Assembly: GCA_019313915.1 (NCBI GenBank)
Contig: JAFDAJ010000002.1
Span: 31,098 to 95,097 of the forward strand
Direction: 5' to 3'
DNA: 64,000 bases
Source: Deltaproteobacteria bacterium
Lineage (GTDB): Bacteria > Myxococcota_A > Polyangia > Polyangiales > Houyiibacteriaceae
Both the position numbers and the translations under genes were made by a program. How positions within the stretch are numbered: the stretch's first letter is position 1; the number at the start of each line of letters is the position of its first letter. Of this stretch, positions 44,832 to 54,572 are shown piece by piece. The notes beneath the pieces were generated by a model. The model had not been told where the DNA came from. It saw only the letters and a list, made by a program, of their open reading frames with translations, and made no database searches.

Positions 44832-45677
44832 TCAGAATCCGGCGATGAAGTGGCCGTACGCCCAGGTCGCCGGAGCGGTGAAGGCGAGCGCGTCTGCGCG
44901 ATCGAGGATGCCGCCGTGACCTGGCAGAATCCCGCCGCTGTCCTTGACGCCGCTACTGCGCTTGAGCACGGACACCCATAGGTCCCCAGCTTGACCAGCC
45001 GCGCCTCCGAGAATGCCGAGCGCGATCGCATCGACCACGCCGAACTTTGGCAAAAAGAAACTGGTGATGACCGCGAGGACCACCGAAGCGGTGAGGCCAC
45101 CTGCGGCTCCTTCGAGCGTTTTCTTTGGGGAGATGCGAGGCGCGAGTTTGGTCTTGCCGAACTTCCGTCCGACAAAATAGGCGGAAGTGTCACTGCCCCA
45201 GGCGAGGGCCATCGCGAGAAACACCCAAGCGCCAGTAGGAGGGAAATCACGCACCAGCGCCACCGCGGCGAGGCAGCCTCCAACATAGATCGGTGTGCCA
45301 AGCAGCCAGCCAATGCGTGAGCTCGCATCGTGAAGCGGATCCTCTTGCAACAAGCTCCACACCATTGCACCGAGGATGATGAGCAACACCACGCCATACA
45401 GTGCGGTCGCGGTGTCGATGAAGAGGATCGTGTACGCAAACAGAACCGAGGTCCCCGAGCCCCAAATTCGAAGCGATCGAGGCGACGGAACTTTCATCGC
45501 CATGAGCTCGTAACCGGCGATCGCGATGGCAGTAAAGATGAACACGCGCCAAGGCAACCGACGCTCCGTGAACATCATCCACAAGATGAGCGGAACCAAC
45601 GGCACGATGGTCACAACCCGAAGCGTGGTTCCCGACAGACGTTTCTTCACCGGTGGTTGCTCGATCGCGTCGTTCAT
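44832..45677 (-). CDS. cdsA: Phosphatidate cytidylyltransferase
   Basis: 281 aa polytopic protein. Signature SDTSAYFVGRKFGKTKLAPRISPKKTLEGAAGG ... GHGGILDRADA. Confidence 0.92.
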   Translation of the reverse strand: MNDAIEQPPVKKRLSGTTLRVVTIVPLVPLILWMMFTERRLPWRVFIFTAIAIAGYELMAMKVPSPRSLRIWGSGTSVLFAYTILFIDTATALYGVVLLIILGAMVWSLLQEDPLHDASSRIGWLLGTPIYVGGCLAAVALVRDFPPTGAWVFLAMALAWGSDTSAYFVGRKFGKTKLAPRISPKKTLEGAAGGLTASVVLAVITSFFLPKFGVVDAIALGILGGAAGQAGDLWVSVLKRSSGVKDSGGILPGHGGILDRADALAFTAPATWAYGHFIAGF

Positions 45678-46450
45678 ATTGCGCGCTCCAATTCCTTGCG
45701 TGCCTCGGTGGTGGATGCGGCGTCCTCAGCGTCGGGAACGAGGCCGAATCGTCGCTCCCGTCCCTGGTATGCCTCAATCGCGCAATATAGCGAATTTGCA
45801 TCGAAATCTGGCCAGAGCTCCTCAGTGAAGTAGAGCTCCGCATAGGCGGATCCCCACAGGAGAAAGTTGCTGATCCGTTGCTCACCACCGGTTCGGATCA
45901 ACAAGTCGACGGGGCCGACATCCATCGATGGCAGCAGCTGCGCGATCGCAGATTCGTCGATGTCACTCGGGTCGATTTCATCGGCATGCACCTTGTTGGC
46001 AAGCGCGCGCACCGCATCGACCAACTCCTCTCGGCCCCCGTAAGAGAGCGCGAGGTTGAGCGTCATACCTTCGTAAGCTTTGGTTTCTGAAGTGAGCTTT
46101 TGCAATCGTGACTGCGCGTGTTGCGGAAGCTTGTGCAAGCGACCGATCGCCGACAATCGAATCTCGTTGTCGACGAGCTCGTTGCGTTCCGACACGAGGC
46201 ACTCGCACAACAGATCGACGAGCGCGTTGACCTCCGCTTGTGGTCGGTCCCAGTTCTGTTCGCTGAACGCGTACAACGTCAGCGCGGGAATGCCGAGCCG
46301 TCGCGCGGCGCGCATCGTCGCGCGCACGGCGTCCGCACCGCGTTCGTGTCCCGCTGTGCGTGGTTTGCCCCGCGCCTGAGCCCAGCGCCCGTTTCCGTCC
46401 ATGATGATGGCGACATGCTGTGGAAGTCGGCTAACCTCGACCAGGGCCAT
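45674..46450 (-). CDS. uppS: Undecaprenyl-diphosphate synthase (cis-isoprenyl transferase)
   Basis: 258 aa. Shows HVAIIMDGNGRWA, LTLYAFSEQNW and RTGGEQRISNFLLW. Confidence 0.93.
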   Translation of the reverse strand: MALVEVSRLPQHVAIIMDGNGRWAQARGKPRTAGHERGADAVRATMRAARRLGIPALTLYAFSEQNWDRPQAEVNALVDLLCECLVSERNELVDNEIRLSAIGRLHKLPQHAQSRLQKLTSETKAYEGMTLNLALSYGGREELVDAVRALANKVHADEIDPSDIDESAIAQLLPSMDVGPVDLLIRTGGEQRISNFLLWGSAYAELYFTEELWPDFDANSLYCAIEAYQGRERRFGLVPDAEDAASTTEARKELERAI

Positions 46451-46639
46451 GGCGAGCGAGTATCATGCAGCCCCGAAGGCAGCAAGAACGGCTTGCAGGC
46501 CGCAAAAGGGCGTGCGTGGCTATAATACAAAATAAAAGCGTCAATCGCGGCATGTATTCTCCCATAACATGTCGTATTCGCGCACTCTCCGGATTGCTGC
46601 CCATTGAAAGAAGTCCTCGAATGCTTATGGTGACCGGCC

Positions 46640-47599
46640 ATGGCTGACCGTGATCTCTACAAGATTCTGGAGGTGTCCCGCGATGCGAGCCCGGAGGAGA
46701 TCAAGAAGTCGTACCGCCGGCTCGCCAAGAAGCTGCACCCGGACCGCAACCCGGATGACAAGGCGGCCGAGGAGCGATTCAAAGATGTGTCGTCCGCCTA
46801 CGCCGTGGTGTCGGATGCGGAAAAACGGAAACTGTACGATCAGTTCGGCGAAATGGGTCTTCGAGAGGGGTTCGACCCTGAGGCTTATCAGGCGGCAACC
46901 CAAGGAGCGGGCGGCTTCGGCGGATTCGACGTTGGCGACATCTTCGGGGGTTCGGCCCGCGGCCGTGGAGGCGGGAGCCAGCAGGGCCACGTGGAGTTCA
47001 ACTTCGAGGACCTCTTTGGGGGACGCGGCCGAGGAGCGTACGTTCGGGCTCCCCAGAAGGGTGCCGATCTTCGTTCGGAGGTGGCTGTTGATTTCCGGGA
47101 AGCGGTTCTCGGCTGCCAGAGGGAGCTGAGTCTCCGCTCCTCCGAGGGCGAGCGGACGCTGAAGGTGCGGATTCCTGCGGGTGTCCGAAACGGGGGCAAG
47201 ATTCGGCTTCGCGGGCAGGGAGGCCTCGGGGTCCATGGAGGCCCCGCGGGCGATCTCGTCCTCGAGGTCAAAGTGCGAAAGCACCCCTACTTCTCGATCC
47301 GCGGGAAGCAGCTCCATGTCAGGGTTCCAGTCACCCCATTGGAGGCTTACGCGGGAGCGAAAGTGAGCGTCCCGACGCCCGAGGGGGCGGTTCAGCTGTC
47401 AATCCCCGCGGGTTCCCAAAACGGATCGAAGCTTCGTCTGCGCGGGAAAGGCATCCAACAGAAGGGCAAACCCAAGGGGGACCTGATCGCCCACCTGGAA
47501 ATCGTGGTCCCTGAAGGACATTCCCCGGAGGTCGAAGAGGCCTTGAAGACGGTGCAGGACGCGTTCGAGAAGGATCCCCGTGAGGGCCTGGAGCTCTGA
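46640..47599 (+). CDS. J-domain co-chaperone, class II (CbpA/DnaJ-like, no zinc finger)
   Basis: 319 aa. J domain DLYKILEVSRDASPEEIKKSYRRLAKKLHPDRNP, a G/F-rich linker and two C-terminal beta domains. No CxxCxGxG repeats. Confidence 0.88.
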   Translation: MADRDLYKILEVSRDASPEEIKKSYRRLAKKLHPDRNPDDKAAEERFKDVSSAYAVVSDAEKRKLYDQFGEMGLREGFDPEAYQAATQGAGGFGGFDVGDIFGGSARGRGGGSQQGHVEFNFEDLFGGRGRGAYVRAPQKGADLRSEVAVDFREAVLGCQRELSLRSSEGERTLKVRIPAGVRNGGKIRLRGQGGLGVHGGPAGDLVLEVKVRKHPYFSIRGKQLHVRVPVTPLEAYAGAKVSVPTPEGAVQLSIPAGSQNGSKLRLRGKGIQQKGKPKGDLIAHLEIVVPEGHSPEVEEALKTVQDAFEKDPREGLEL

Positions 47600-47600
47600 A

Positions 47601-47669
47601 TGTTTCACGTGCAACAGTGCCCAACGAGGGTGCAGGGACCCCAAACGTTTCACGTGAAACATCCACGTG
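47601..47669. promoter_or_regulatory. Cluster of CACGTG-centred palindromes between the J-protein gene and bioF (candidate operator)
   Basis: TGTTTCACGTG (47601-47611). Perfect 14-bp palindrome GTTTCACGTGAAAC (47647-47660). Third CACGTG at 47664-47669. TGTTTCAC (47601-08) and GTGAAACA (47654-61) are exact inverted copies. Confidence 0.4.
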
Positions 47670-47715
47670 CGGGGCGCGTTTGACCCCCGCCGAGCGCTGG
47701 GCTTAGATCCCACCC

Positions 47716-48879
47716 ATGGGCTTTCAGACCCAAATCCGAGACGCCCTGTCCGAACTCGAAGCTGCTGGTCTGCTTCGCAGACCTCTCCAGATCTCCGGCC
47801 CACAGGGACCCGAGGTGGAGATCGACGGTCGCCGGGTCCTTTGTTTCTGCTCCAACAACTATCTCGGGCTCGCTGATCATCCCTCGCTCGTCGCGGCCGC
47901 CACGGCATCTGCTCGCGGCGAGGGCGTGGGCGCAGCGGCCTCTCGACTGATCACGGGAACCATGGACGCTCACAGGGAGGCCGAATCCGCCTACGCCGAT
48001 TTCGTAGGCGCTCCCGCCGCTATCCTCTTCTCGACCGGCTACGCCGCGAACGTCGGAACGGTTCCAGCCTTAGCCGGCCCCGATGATGCCATCTTCAGCG
48101 ACGCGTTGAATCACGCAAGCCTCATCGACGGATGCCGTCTCTCGCGAGCGAACGTTCACGTCTATTCACATCGAGACGTCGGCCACCTTGAATCGCTCCT
48201 TCGAGAACACCGGCCCAAGTCGCGCCGTGCTCTCGTCATCACCGACTCTGTCTTCTCGATGGACGGTGGCGCTGCACCCCTTCGCGAGCTCTCCTCGCTC
48301 GCCCGCTTCTTTGATGCCGGACTCCTGGTCGATGAAGCGCACGCTCTCGGTGTGTTCGGACCCGAGGGCCGAGGGCTCGCTGCGGCGCTGGGCGTCGAGC
48401 CCGATGTGGTCGTCGGCACGTTGGGAAAATCGTTGGGCGTCGCGGGTGCATTTGTCGCCGCTAGTGAAGACATCGTGTCGCTCATCCGAAGCCGAGCGCG
48501 AAGCTTCGTCTATTCGACCGCACCCCCCCCGATGGTTGCGCGCGCTTCTATCGCGGCCCTGGAGCTCGTGCGCAAGGCCAATGACGCCCGCGACGCACTG
48601 CTCGCAAACGCAGCCAAACTTCGCGCAGCCCTCCGTTCGCTCGGGTTCGAGATCCCCAATGGGGATAGTCAGATTCTCCCTATTTTAATAGGAGAAAACG
48701 ATCGTACAATGCAGCTCTCGGCGAAGCTGCTCGCGCGAGGAGTCTTCGTTCAAGGCATTAGGCCACCGACGGTTCCGGAAGGAACCGCCAGACTTCGGCT
48801 CACGCCAATGGCTACACATCGACCAGAACAGATCGAACGAGCGATCGAAGCATTCGCATCCCTCTGTCGGCAAGAATAG
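47716..48879 (+). CDS. bioF: 8-amino-7-oxononanoate synthase
   Basis: 387 aa class-II aminotransferase fold. Shows NNYLGLADHP, DALNHASLIDG, DEAHALGVFG and PLP-Lys context TLGKSLGVAGAF. Followed by bioD. Confidence 0.9.
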   Translation: MGFQTQIRDALSELEAAGLLRRPLQISGPQGPEVEIDGRRVLCFCSNNYLGLADHPSLVAAATASARGEGVGAAASRLITGTMDAHREAESAYADFVGAPAAILFSTGYAANVGTVPALAGPDDAIFSDALNHASLIDGCRLSRANVHVYSHRDVGHLESLLREHRPKSRRALVITDSVFSMDGGAAPLRELSSLARFFDAGLLVDEAHALGVFGPEGRGLAAALGVEPDVVVGTLGKSLGVAGAFVAASEDIVSLIRSRARSFVYSTAPPPMVARASIAALELVRKANDARDALLANAAKLRAALRSLGFEIPNGDSQILPILIGENDRTMQLSAKLLARGVFVQGIRPPTVPEGTARLRLTPMATHRPEQIERAIEAFASLCRQE

Positions 48880-48890
48880 GAGGCAACCAA

Positions 48891-49565
48891 ATGAAGGGCG
48901 CGTTCATCACAGCAACGGGCACCGGAGTTGGAAAGACATGGCTTGCGAGTGCACTCGCAACCGCATGCATGCAGCAAGGCAAACGCGTTGCCGCGATCAA
49001 GCCGATCGAGACCGGTGTCGATCCGGATCCAGCCGATGCACTGCAGCTCGCGCACGCGTGCGGCAACGAGTCGCTAGCGAACGCGCCCGGCTTGTATCGC
49101 GCTAGAGAACCGCTTGCGCCATACGCGATCGAGAAGCGGGGAGGCCCAAGCGTTGGTTCACTTCGTTCGCTCGCGAAACGCGTTCGCGAGCTCGCCAACG
49201 ATGCCGACTACGTGATCGTCGAAGGTGTCGGCGGCGTGTTGGTTCCAATCGATCGCGACCACACGATCGCCGATCTCGGTGCGCTTCTCGATCTGCAAAC
49301 GGTGGTCGTTGCGCGCAACGCACTCGGCGTGTTGTCGTACACGATCAGCGCGGTAGAGGCGCTTCGCAAACGAAAGGTTTCGGTTCGCGCGATCGTGCTC
49401 AACCACGTGGACCGAGACCTCAAGAACGACGTGAGCCGAGCCTCGAACGCCGATGTCCTCGCAGACTATTTCCCCCGCATTCCGATCGTGCGAGTTCCTC
49501 GCGTGCAGAGCCCCGACGGCATGGTCGACGCTGCCTCACAACTCCTCAACATCCTGAAAATATAG
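48891..49565 (+). CDS. bioD: Dethiobiotin synthetase
   Basis: 224 aa. P-loop FITATGTGVGKT, KPIETG, VIVEGVGGVLVP. Confidence 0.9.
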   Translation: MKGAFITATGTGVGKTWLASALATACMQQGKRVAAIKPIETGVDPDPADALQLAHACGNESLANAPGLYRAREPLAPYAIEKRGGPSVGSLRSLAKRVRELANDADYVIVEGVGGVLVPIDRDHTIADLGALLDLQTVVVARNALGVLSYTISAVEALRKRKVSVRAIVLNHVDRDLKNDVSRASNADVLADYFPRIPIVRVPRVQSPDGMVDAASQLLNILKI

Positions 49566-49607
49566 AGCTTTTCCCGCTTTTCACTGGCATCTATTTTGAT
49601 ACGTTCT

Positions 49608-50378
49608 TCAGAACGTTCCTGATACCATCAGGCCCATGGGCGACACGGAAATCTGTGTCTGGCGTTTCTCTTTGCTGCGCTTTGCGCTCAACGCAAGCCA
49701 CGTCGCACTGGCTGCCAACGCTGCGACGCCAACGCCGCCGTACACCCACGTCCATGCCGTCGCCGAGCTCTCGGTCACGCATCTTCCGCCAACTTCTTGC
49801 GAACACGAACCGCTCCTTGCGAGCCCAACGCTCATCGCAGCAATGCCTGCGACGCCGACAGCAGCCAACGCACTCGAGCCGACAATGGCAGAAGTCGGAA
49901 CGCGCGCGCCGTCGTTCGTCGTTCCGTTTCGCGCGGGTGCTCGATAGCGAATCGTTGCTTCTTCGAGCGCGCGTTCGGTCGCCTTTCGTTCCGCGATCGA
50001 CTGTCGAAGGGCGGTAATGCGTTCTTGCACCTCCACTTCACGTGCGGCGTCCTCGCTTTCCTCGAGATAGTGTTCGAACGCTTCGAGCGCCTCTTCTTCA
50101 CGTTGCAATCGATCCGCTGCAACGCCGATGTTGTATTGAAGCTCCTCCCGGTGGCTCAGCCGGTATGCATGGCGGAAGTAGACCAGGGCGCCTTCGTAGT
50201 CGGCCTCCTCGAACGCGGATCGCCCACGCTCAAAGTACTCCCGTGCAGCTGCGTCGTCCGCTGTCTGTTGTGCTGCTGTCGGCGCTGCACAAATGAGGCC
50301 GAGCAGCAGCAAAGCTGAACACACCGCGCGAAGAGCGATCCCCCAAGTCTCACCCATGCCTTCAACGTAGCGGCCCAT
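49608..50378 (-). CDS. Secreted TPR-like protein with C-terminal hydrophobic segments
   Basis: 256 aa (alternative start at 50357). Signal ALLLLGLICAAPTAAQQ. TPR-like AREYFERGRSAFEEADYEGALVYFRHAYRL. Two C-terminal TM-like segments. Confidence 0.6.
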   Translation of the reverse strand: MGRYVEGMGETWGIALRAVCSALLLLGLICAAPTAAQQTADDAAAREYFERGRSAFEEADYEGALVYFRHAYRLSHREELQYNIGVAADRLQREEEALEAFEHYLEESEDAAREVEVQERITALRQSIAERKATERALEEATIRYRAPARNGTTNDGARVPTSAIVGSSALAAVGVAGIAAMSVGLARSGSCSQEVGGRCVTESSATAWTWVYGGVGVAALAASATWLALSAKRSKEKRQTQISVSPMGLMVSGTF

Positions 50379-50427
50379 CCTTCGAGTTGCACGAAGAAGC
50401 GGCGCGGCTATACGATCGGCCGACTTT

Positions 50428-50500
<73 letters not shown>

Positions 50501-50574
50501 CCGTTTTCCAAGGGTTGAAGTGCGTTGGGGGAGCGAGTTGCGCGGCCCAAAACCGCGGCTAGGCTCCCGCGCCT

Positions 50575-51663
50575 ATGGCTCGCGTAATCAACTTCAGTGC
50601 GGGGCCCGCGACGCTTCCGTTGCCGGCCCTCGAGTATGCCCACAACGAGTTCCTGGACCACGAGGGGACAGGCATGTCGCTCATCGAGCACAGCCATCGC
50701 GGCGCTGCTTATGCCAAGGTTCACGAAGAGGCCAAGGCCCTTTTCCGCGAGCTCCTCGACATTCCGGACACCCACGAAGTGCTGTTCATGCAGGGAGGCG
50801 CAACGGGTCAGTTCGCGCTCGCACCGATGAACCTTCGAGGCCCAGGCCAGTCGGCGGATTACATCATGACCGGCGCATGGAGCGACAAGGCCCTGGCGGA
50901 AGCCAAAATCACCGGCGAGGCGCGCGAGGCCGGCACGGGCAAGGTCGACGGTAAGTACACCCGCGTCCCGAAGCAGGCCGACCTAGACCTCGACGCGAAC
51001 GCTGCGTACCTGCACTTTACGACCAACAACACGATCATGGGAACGCAGTTCCACGAGTACCCGGACAGCGGAAGCGTGCCGCTCGTGGCCGACATGTCGA
51101 GCGACATCCTCTGGCGACCGATCGACGTGTCGAAGTTCGGCCTGATTTACGCCGGCGCTCAGAAGAATCTCGGCCCCTCCGGCATTACGGTGCTGATTCT
51201 TCGCAAGGACTTGGCAGAGCGTAGCCCCAAGACTATCCCGAAGATCTTTCGCTACAAAACGATCCTCGACGGTGACTCGTTGCAGAACACGATCCCGACC
51301 TTCCCGGTCTACATGGTTCGCAACGTTCTTCGTTGGGTTCGCGATCAGGGCGGCGCCGCGGCAATGGAGAAGCGCAACCGCAACAAGGCCGGCTACATCT
51401 ATGACATGATCGACCAGAACCCGGGCTTCTTCCACTGCCCGGTCGAAGTCGACTCACGCTCGATGATGAACCCCGTCTTCCGCCTCCCCACCGAAGACCT
51501 CGAAAAGAAGTTCATCGCGGACGCCGCCAAAGCCGGCATGGTCGGCATCAAGGGCCACCGCTCCGTAGGCGGAATCCGCGCCTCCATCTACAACGCGATG
51601 GAACCCTCGGACGTCCAGACGTTCGTAGACTTCGCCAAGTCCTTCGCCCAAACCAACGCCTAA
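50575..51663 (+). CDS. serC: Phosphoserine aminotransferase
   Basis: 362 aa. Shows INFSAGPATLP, MSLIEHSHRG, FMQGGATGQF and PLP-Lys context AGAQKNLGPSG. Confidence 0.93.
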   Translation: MARVINFSAGPATLPLPALEYAHNEFLDHEGTGMSLIEHSHRGAAYAKVHEEAKALFRELLDIPDTHEVLFMQGGATGQFALAPMNLRGPGQSADYIMTGAWSDKALAEAKITGEAREAGTGKVDGKYTRVPKQADLDLDANAAYLHFTTNNTIMGTQFHEYPDSGSVPLVADMSSDILWRPIDVSKFGLIYAGAQKNLGPSGITVLILRKDLAERSPKTIPKIFRYKTILDGDSLQNTIPTFPVYMVRNVLRWVRDQGGAAAMEKRNRNKAGYIYDMIDQNPGFFHCPVEVDSRSMMNPVFRLPTEDLEKKFIADAAKAGMVGIKGHRSVGGIRASIYNAMEPSDVQTFVDFAKSFAQTNA

Positions 51664-51683
51664 AAGCGGGACAGTCCCCTTTT
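51662..51683. terminator. Possible bidirectional hairpin terminator between convergent serC and the glutaredoxin gene
   Basis: AAAAGCGGG-ACAGT-CCCCTTTT: an imperfect 8-9 bp stem with A/T runs on both sides, directly after the serC TAA. Confidence 0.35.
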
Positions 51684-51690
51684 CGAACGT

Positions 51691-52407
51691 TTAATTCGCT
51701 CCCGCGACGACCGCGTAAGTCTGGTAGAGATACCGTCGAATGTCAGCGGATTCGAACATCTGCGCGCCCGTGTTCGGGTCCTGCAGGTAGGGTACCTGCA
51801 TCTTTCCCGAGACCGACACAAAGCCGTCTCGGTCTGGGCTTTCCCGGGGCACGTTGCGAAGTTGATGCGGAAGCTCGAGCTCGCAGAGGGCCTCGCGGGC
51901 GATGCGACAGAAGGGGGAACCCTCGTAGGAGTAGAGCTCGAGCAGCTTCTCGGGCTGCCGTGACCGCACGGCGTGGCGGCCTCGATGCGGACGGAATCCC
52001 GATGCCAAGATCGACGTCGCGACTGCGAACGCGCGCTGGCGCAGGAACCACGGCGCCGGGCCGCTGCCGTACTCGCGGAAGAGGTACTCGACGATGTCGG
52101 CCGACTCGTACATCGCTACGCCGGTATTCGGATCGACCAGGTACGGAAACTGGTAACGACCGCCCTCCGTCTTGACCTTCTCCCGAAAGAGCGTGCCGCC
52201 CCTCGGACACGGGTAGACGATCGGATCGAGGCTCAGCGCCGAAAACGCCTCACGCGCAATGCGGCAAAATGGACACGCCTCGAACTCGTAAAGCTCCAGC
52301 GGCCGCGGTGGCACGTTGCGACGCTCGTAATGAACGTTGCCAAAGTTCGGGCGAGCCGCGCTCGCCGCCGTCGCCGTCGTCACATCCCAGAAGCGTCCGA
52401 AGTTCAT
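51691..52407 (-). CDS. Tandem glutaredoxin/GST-N-like two-domain protein
   Basis: In-frame part of ORF 51691..52563; ATG 52407. 238 aa. Two copies of LELYxFExCPFCRIAREA...QFPYLVDPNTGxxMxESADIxxYL (CPFC and SPFC sites). Confidence 0.75.
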   Translation of the reverse strand: MNFGRFWDVTTATAASAARPNFGNVHYERRNVPPRPLELYEFEACPFCRIAREAFSALSLDPIVYPCPRGGTLFREKVKTEGGRYQFPYLVDPNTGVAMYESADIVEYLFREYGSGPAPWFLRQRAFAVATSILASGFRPHRGRHAVRSRQPEKLLELYSYEGSPFCRIAREALCELELPHQLRNVPRESPDRDGFVSVSGKMQVPYLQDPNTGAQMFESADIRRYLYQTYAVVAGAN

Positions 52408-52461
52408 TCCTTGCTCATTAATCAGACTGTTCCCTTTTTCAAGGGGTGATAGCCTTCGGCG

Positions 52462-54483
52462 ATGGCACGCGAGCTCGAGCTGGTCACCGATCTGCGACCC
52501 AAGGGGGACCAGCCGGCGGCGATTTCCGAGCTTCTGGAGGGCCTCAGCCGAGGTGAGCAACACCAGGTTCTGCTGGGAATTACAGGAAGCGGGAAGACCT
52601 TCACCGTGGCGAACGTCATCGCAACGACCCAGCGTCCGACGCTGATCATGGCCCCCAACAAGACGCTCGCTGCGCAGCTCTACAGCGAGATGCGTGAGCT
52701 GTTCCCGAACAATGCGGTCGAATACTTCGTCAGCTACTACGAAGCATACATCCCGTCAAGCGACACCTATATCGAGAAGGACTCGATCGTCAACGACAAG
52801 GTCGACCGCATGCGCCACAGCGCAACGCGATCTCTGCTCGCTCGCCGCGACGTGATCATCGTTGCAAGTGTCTCGTGCATCTACGGCATCGGCTCATCGG
52901 AGTGGTACCAGGAGATGTTGATCAATCTCGAAGTCGGGCAAGAGTTCCGACGCGATCTTCTGTTGCGTCGGCTCGTCGACATTCAGTACCAACGCAACGA
53001 CATCGACTTTCACCGAGGCACGTTCCGCGTTCGCGGTGACGTCGTCGAGATCTTCCCCGCTCACTCGGAGAATCTTGCGGTCCGTATCGAGTACTGGGGC
53101 GACGAGATCGAGCGAATCGTCGAGATCGATCCGACGCGCGGAAAGGTGCTGGAGGAGCTCGACCAGTACGGGGTCTATCCGGGCAGCCACTACGTCACCC
53201 CGGACGAGCATCGAAACCGGGCGATCACATCGATCCGGGAGGAGCTCCTCGAATGGCTCCCCAAGCTCCAATCCGAAGGGAAATTGCTGGAGAAACAGCG
53301 CCTCGAACAGCGAACGATGTACGACCTTGAGATGCTCGAACAGATGGGATTTTGTCACGGAATCGAGAACTACAGCCGGCATCTCTCGGGGCGAAAAGAA
53401 GGCGAGCCGCCGCCGACTTTACTCGACTACTTCCCCGACGACTTCCTGGTGATCCTCGACGAGTCCCACATCACAGTTCCGCAGATCGGCGCGATGTTCA
53501 AGGGTGATCGTTCACGCAAAGAGACATTGGTCGAGCATGGGTTTCGCCTGCCGAGCGCGCTGGACAATCGACCATTGCGATTCTCCGAATGGGAGGAGCG
53601 AGTCGGCCACGTGATTCACGTGAGCGCAACTCCGGGAGACTGGGAGATTGAGCACGCCGGTGGCGTCATCGTAGAGCAAGTGATTCGTCCGACCGGGCTC
53701 CTCGATCCGCAGTTGCACGTTCGTCCTACCAAGCACCAGGTCGATGACCTACTCGGCGAGATCCGCGTGCGCGTTGCACGTGGCGAGCGCGTTCTGATCA
53801 CCACGTTGACGAAGCGCATGGCGGAGGACCTCACAGAATACTACGGCGAGCTCGACGTGCGCGTGCGTTACCTTCACAGCGACATAAACACACTGGAACG
53901 TGTTGAAATTCTTAGAGATTTGCGCCGCGGCGAGTTCGATGTCTTGGTCGGGATCAATCTCTTGCGAGAAGGGCTCGATCTACCCGAAGTGTCGTTGGTC
54001 GGGATCCTCGATGCAGACAAGGAGGGCTTTCTGCGCTCACCCCGATCCCTGATTCAAACCATTGGGCGCGCGGCACGCAACGCGGGCGGTGAGGTATTGA
54101 TGTACGCCGATCGGATCACCAATGCGATGCGGTACGCAATCGAAGAAACCGAGCGTCGGCGCGCACGTCAGAAAGAGTACAACGAGAAGCACGGCATCAC
54201 TCCCCAAACCATCAAGAAGGCCGTCCTCGAAATGGACCCATCGACCGGCGCCGGCGACTACGTCGTCATCCCGATCTTGAGGAAGGGCGAAGGGGGCGAT
54301 GACCCTGCCGACATTCCCGCCCGCATCGAGGAGCTCCGAAGCGAGATGCTCCTCGCTGCCGAGGACCTCGAGTTTGAAAAGGCAGCCGCGTTGCGGGACC
54401 AGGTCGAACAGCTCCGCGCCCAGCTAACCCCCGGCAAGAGTCAACGCAGGCGGGACCATGACCCGCAACGGCCACGACGTTAG
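52462..54483 (+). CDS. uvrB: Excinuclease ABC subunit B
   Basis: 673 aa. Shows PKGDQPAAI, Walker [11 protein letters not shown], helicase motifs DESH and [13 protein letters not shown], and C-terminal UVR domain [17 protein letters not shown]. Confidence 0.96.
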   Translation: MARELELVTDLRPKGDQPAAISELLEGLSRGEQHQVLLGITGSGKTFTVANVIATTQRPTLIMAPNKTLAAQLYSEMRELFPNNAVEYFVSYYEAYIPSSDTYIEKDSIVNDKVDRMRHSATRSLLARRDVIIVASVSCIYGIGSSEWYQEMLINLEVGQEFRRDLLLRRLVDIQYQRNDIDFHRGTFRVRGDVVEIFPAHSENLAVRIEYWGDEIERIVEIDPTRGKVLEELDQYGVYPGSHYVTPDEHRNRAITSIREELLEWLPKLQSEGKLLEKQRLEQRTMYDLEMLEQMGFCHGIENYSRHLSGRKEGEPPPTLLDYFPDDFLVILDESHITVPQIGAMFKGDRSRKETLVEHGFRLPSALDNRPLRFSEWEERVGHVIHVSATPGDWEIEHAGGVIVEQVIRPTGLLDPQLHVRPTKHQVDDLLGEIRVRVARGERVLITTLTKRMAEDLTEYYGELDVRVRYLHSDINTLERVEILRDLRRGEFDVLVGINLLREGLDLPEVSLVGILDADKEGFLRSPRSLIQTIGRAARNAGGEVLMYADRITNAMRYAIEETERRRARQKEYNEKHGITPQTIKKAVLEMDPSTGAGDYVVIPILRKGEGGDDPADIPARIEELRSEMLLAAEDLEFEKAAALRDQVEQLRAQLTPGKSQRRRDHDPQRPRR

Positions 54484-54572
54484 ATTTCCTTTATACGGCT
54501 GTTATTATTGATGTTTGTGCCCCGTTGGGCTGCTTCCTTGAGCCAAAAAAGCGTGGCGGCTAGGCTGCTCCC

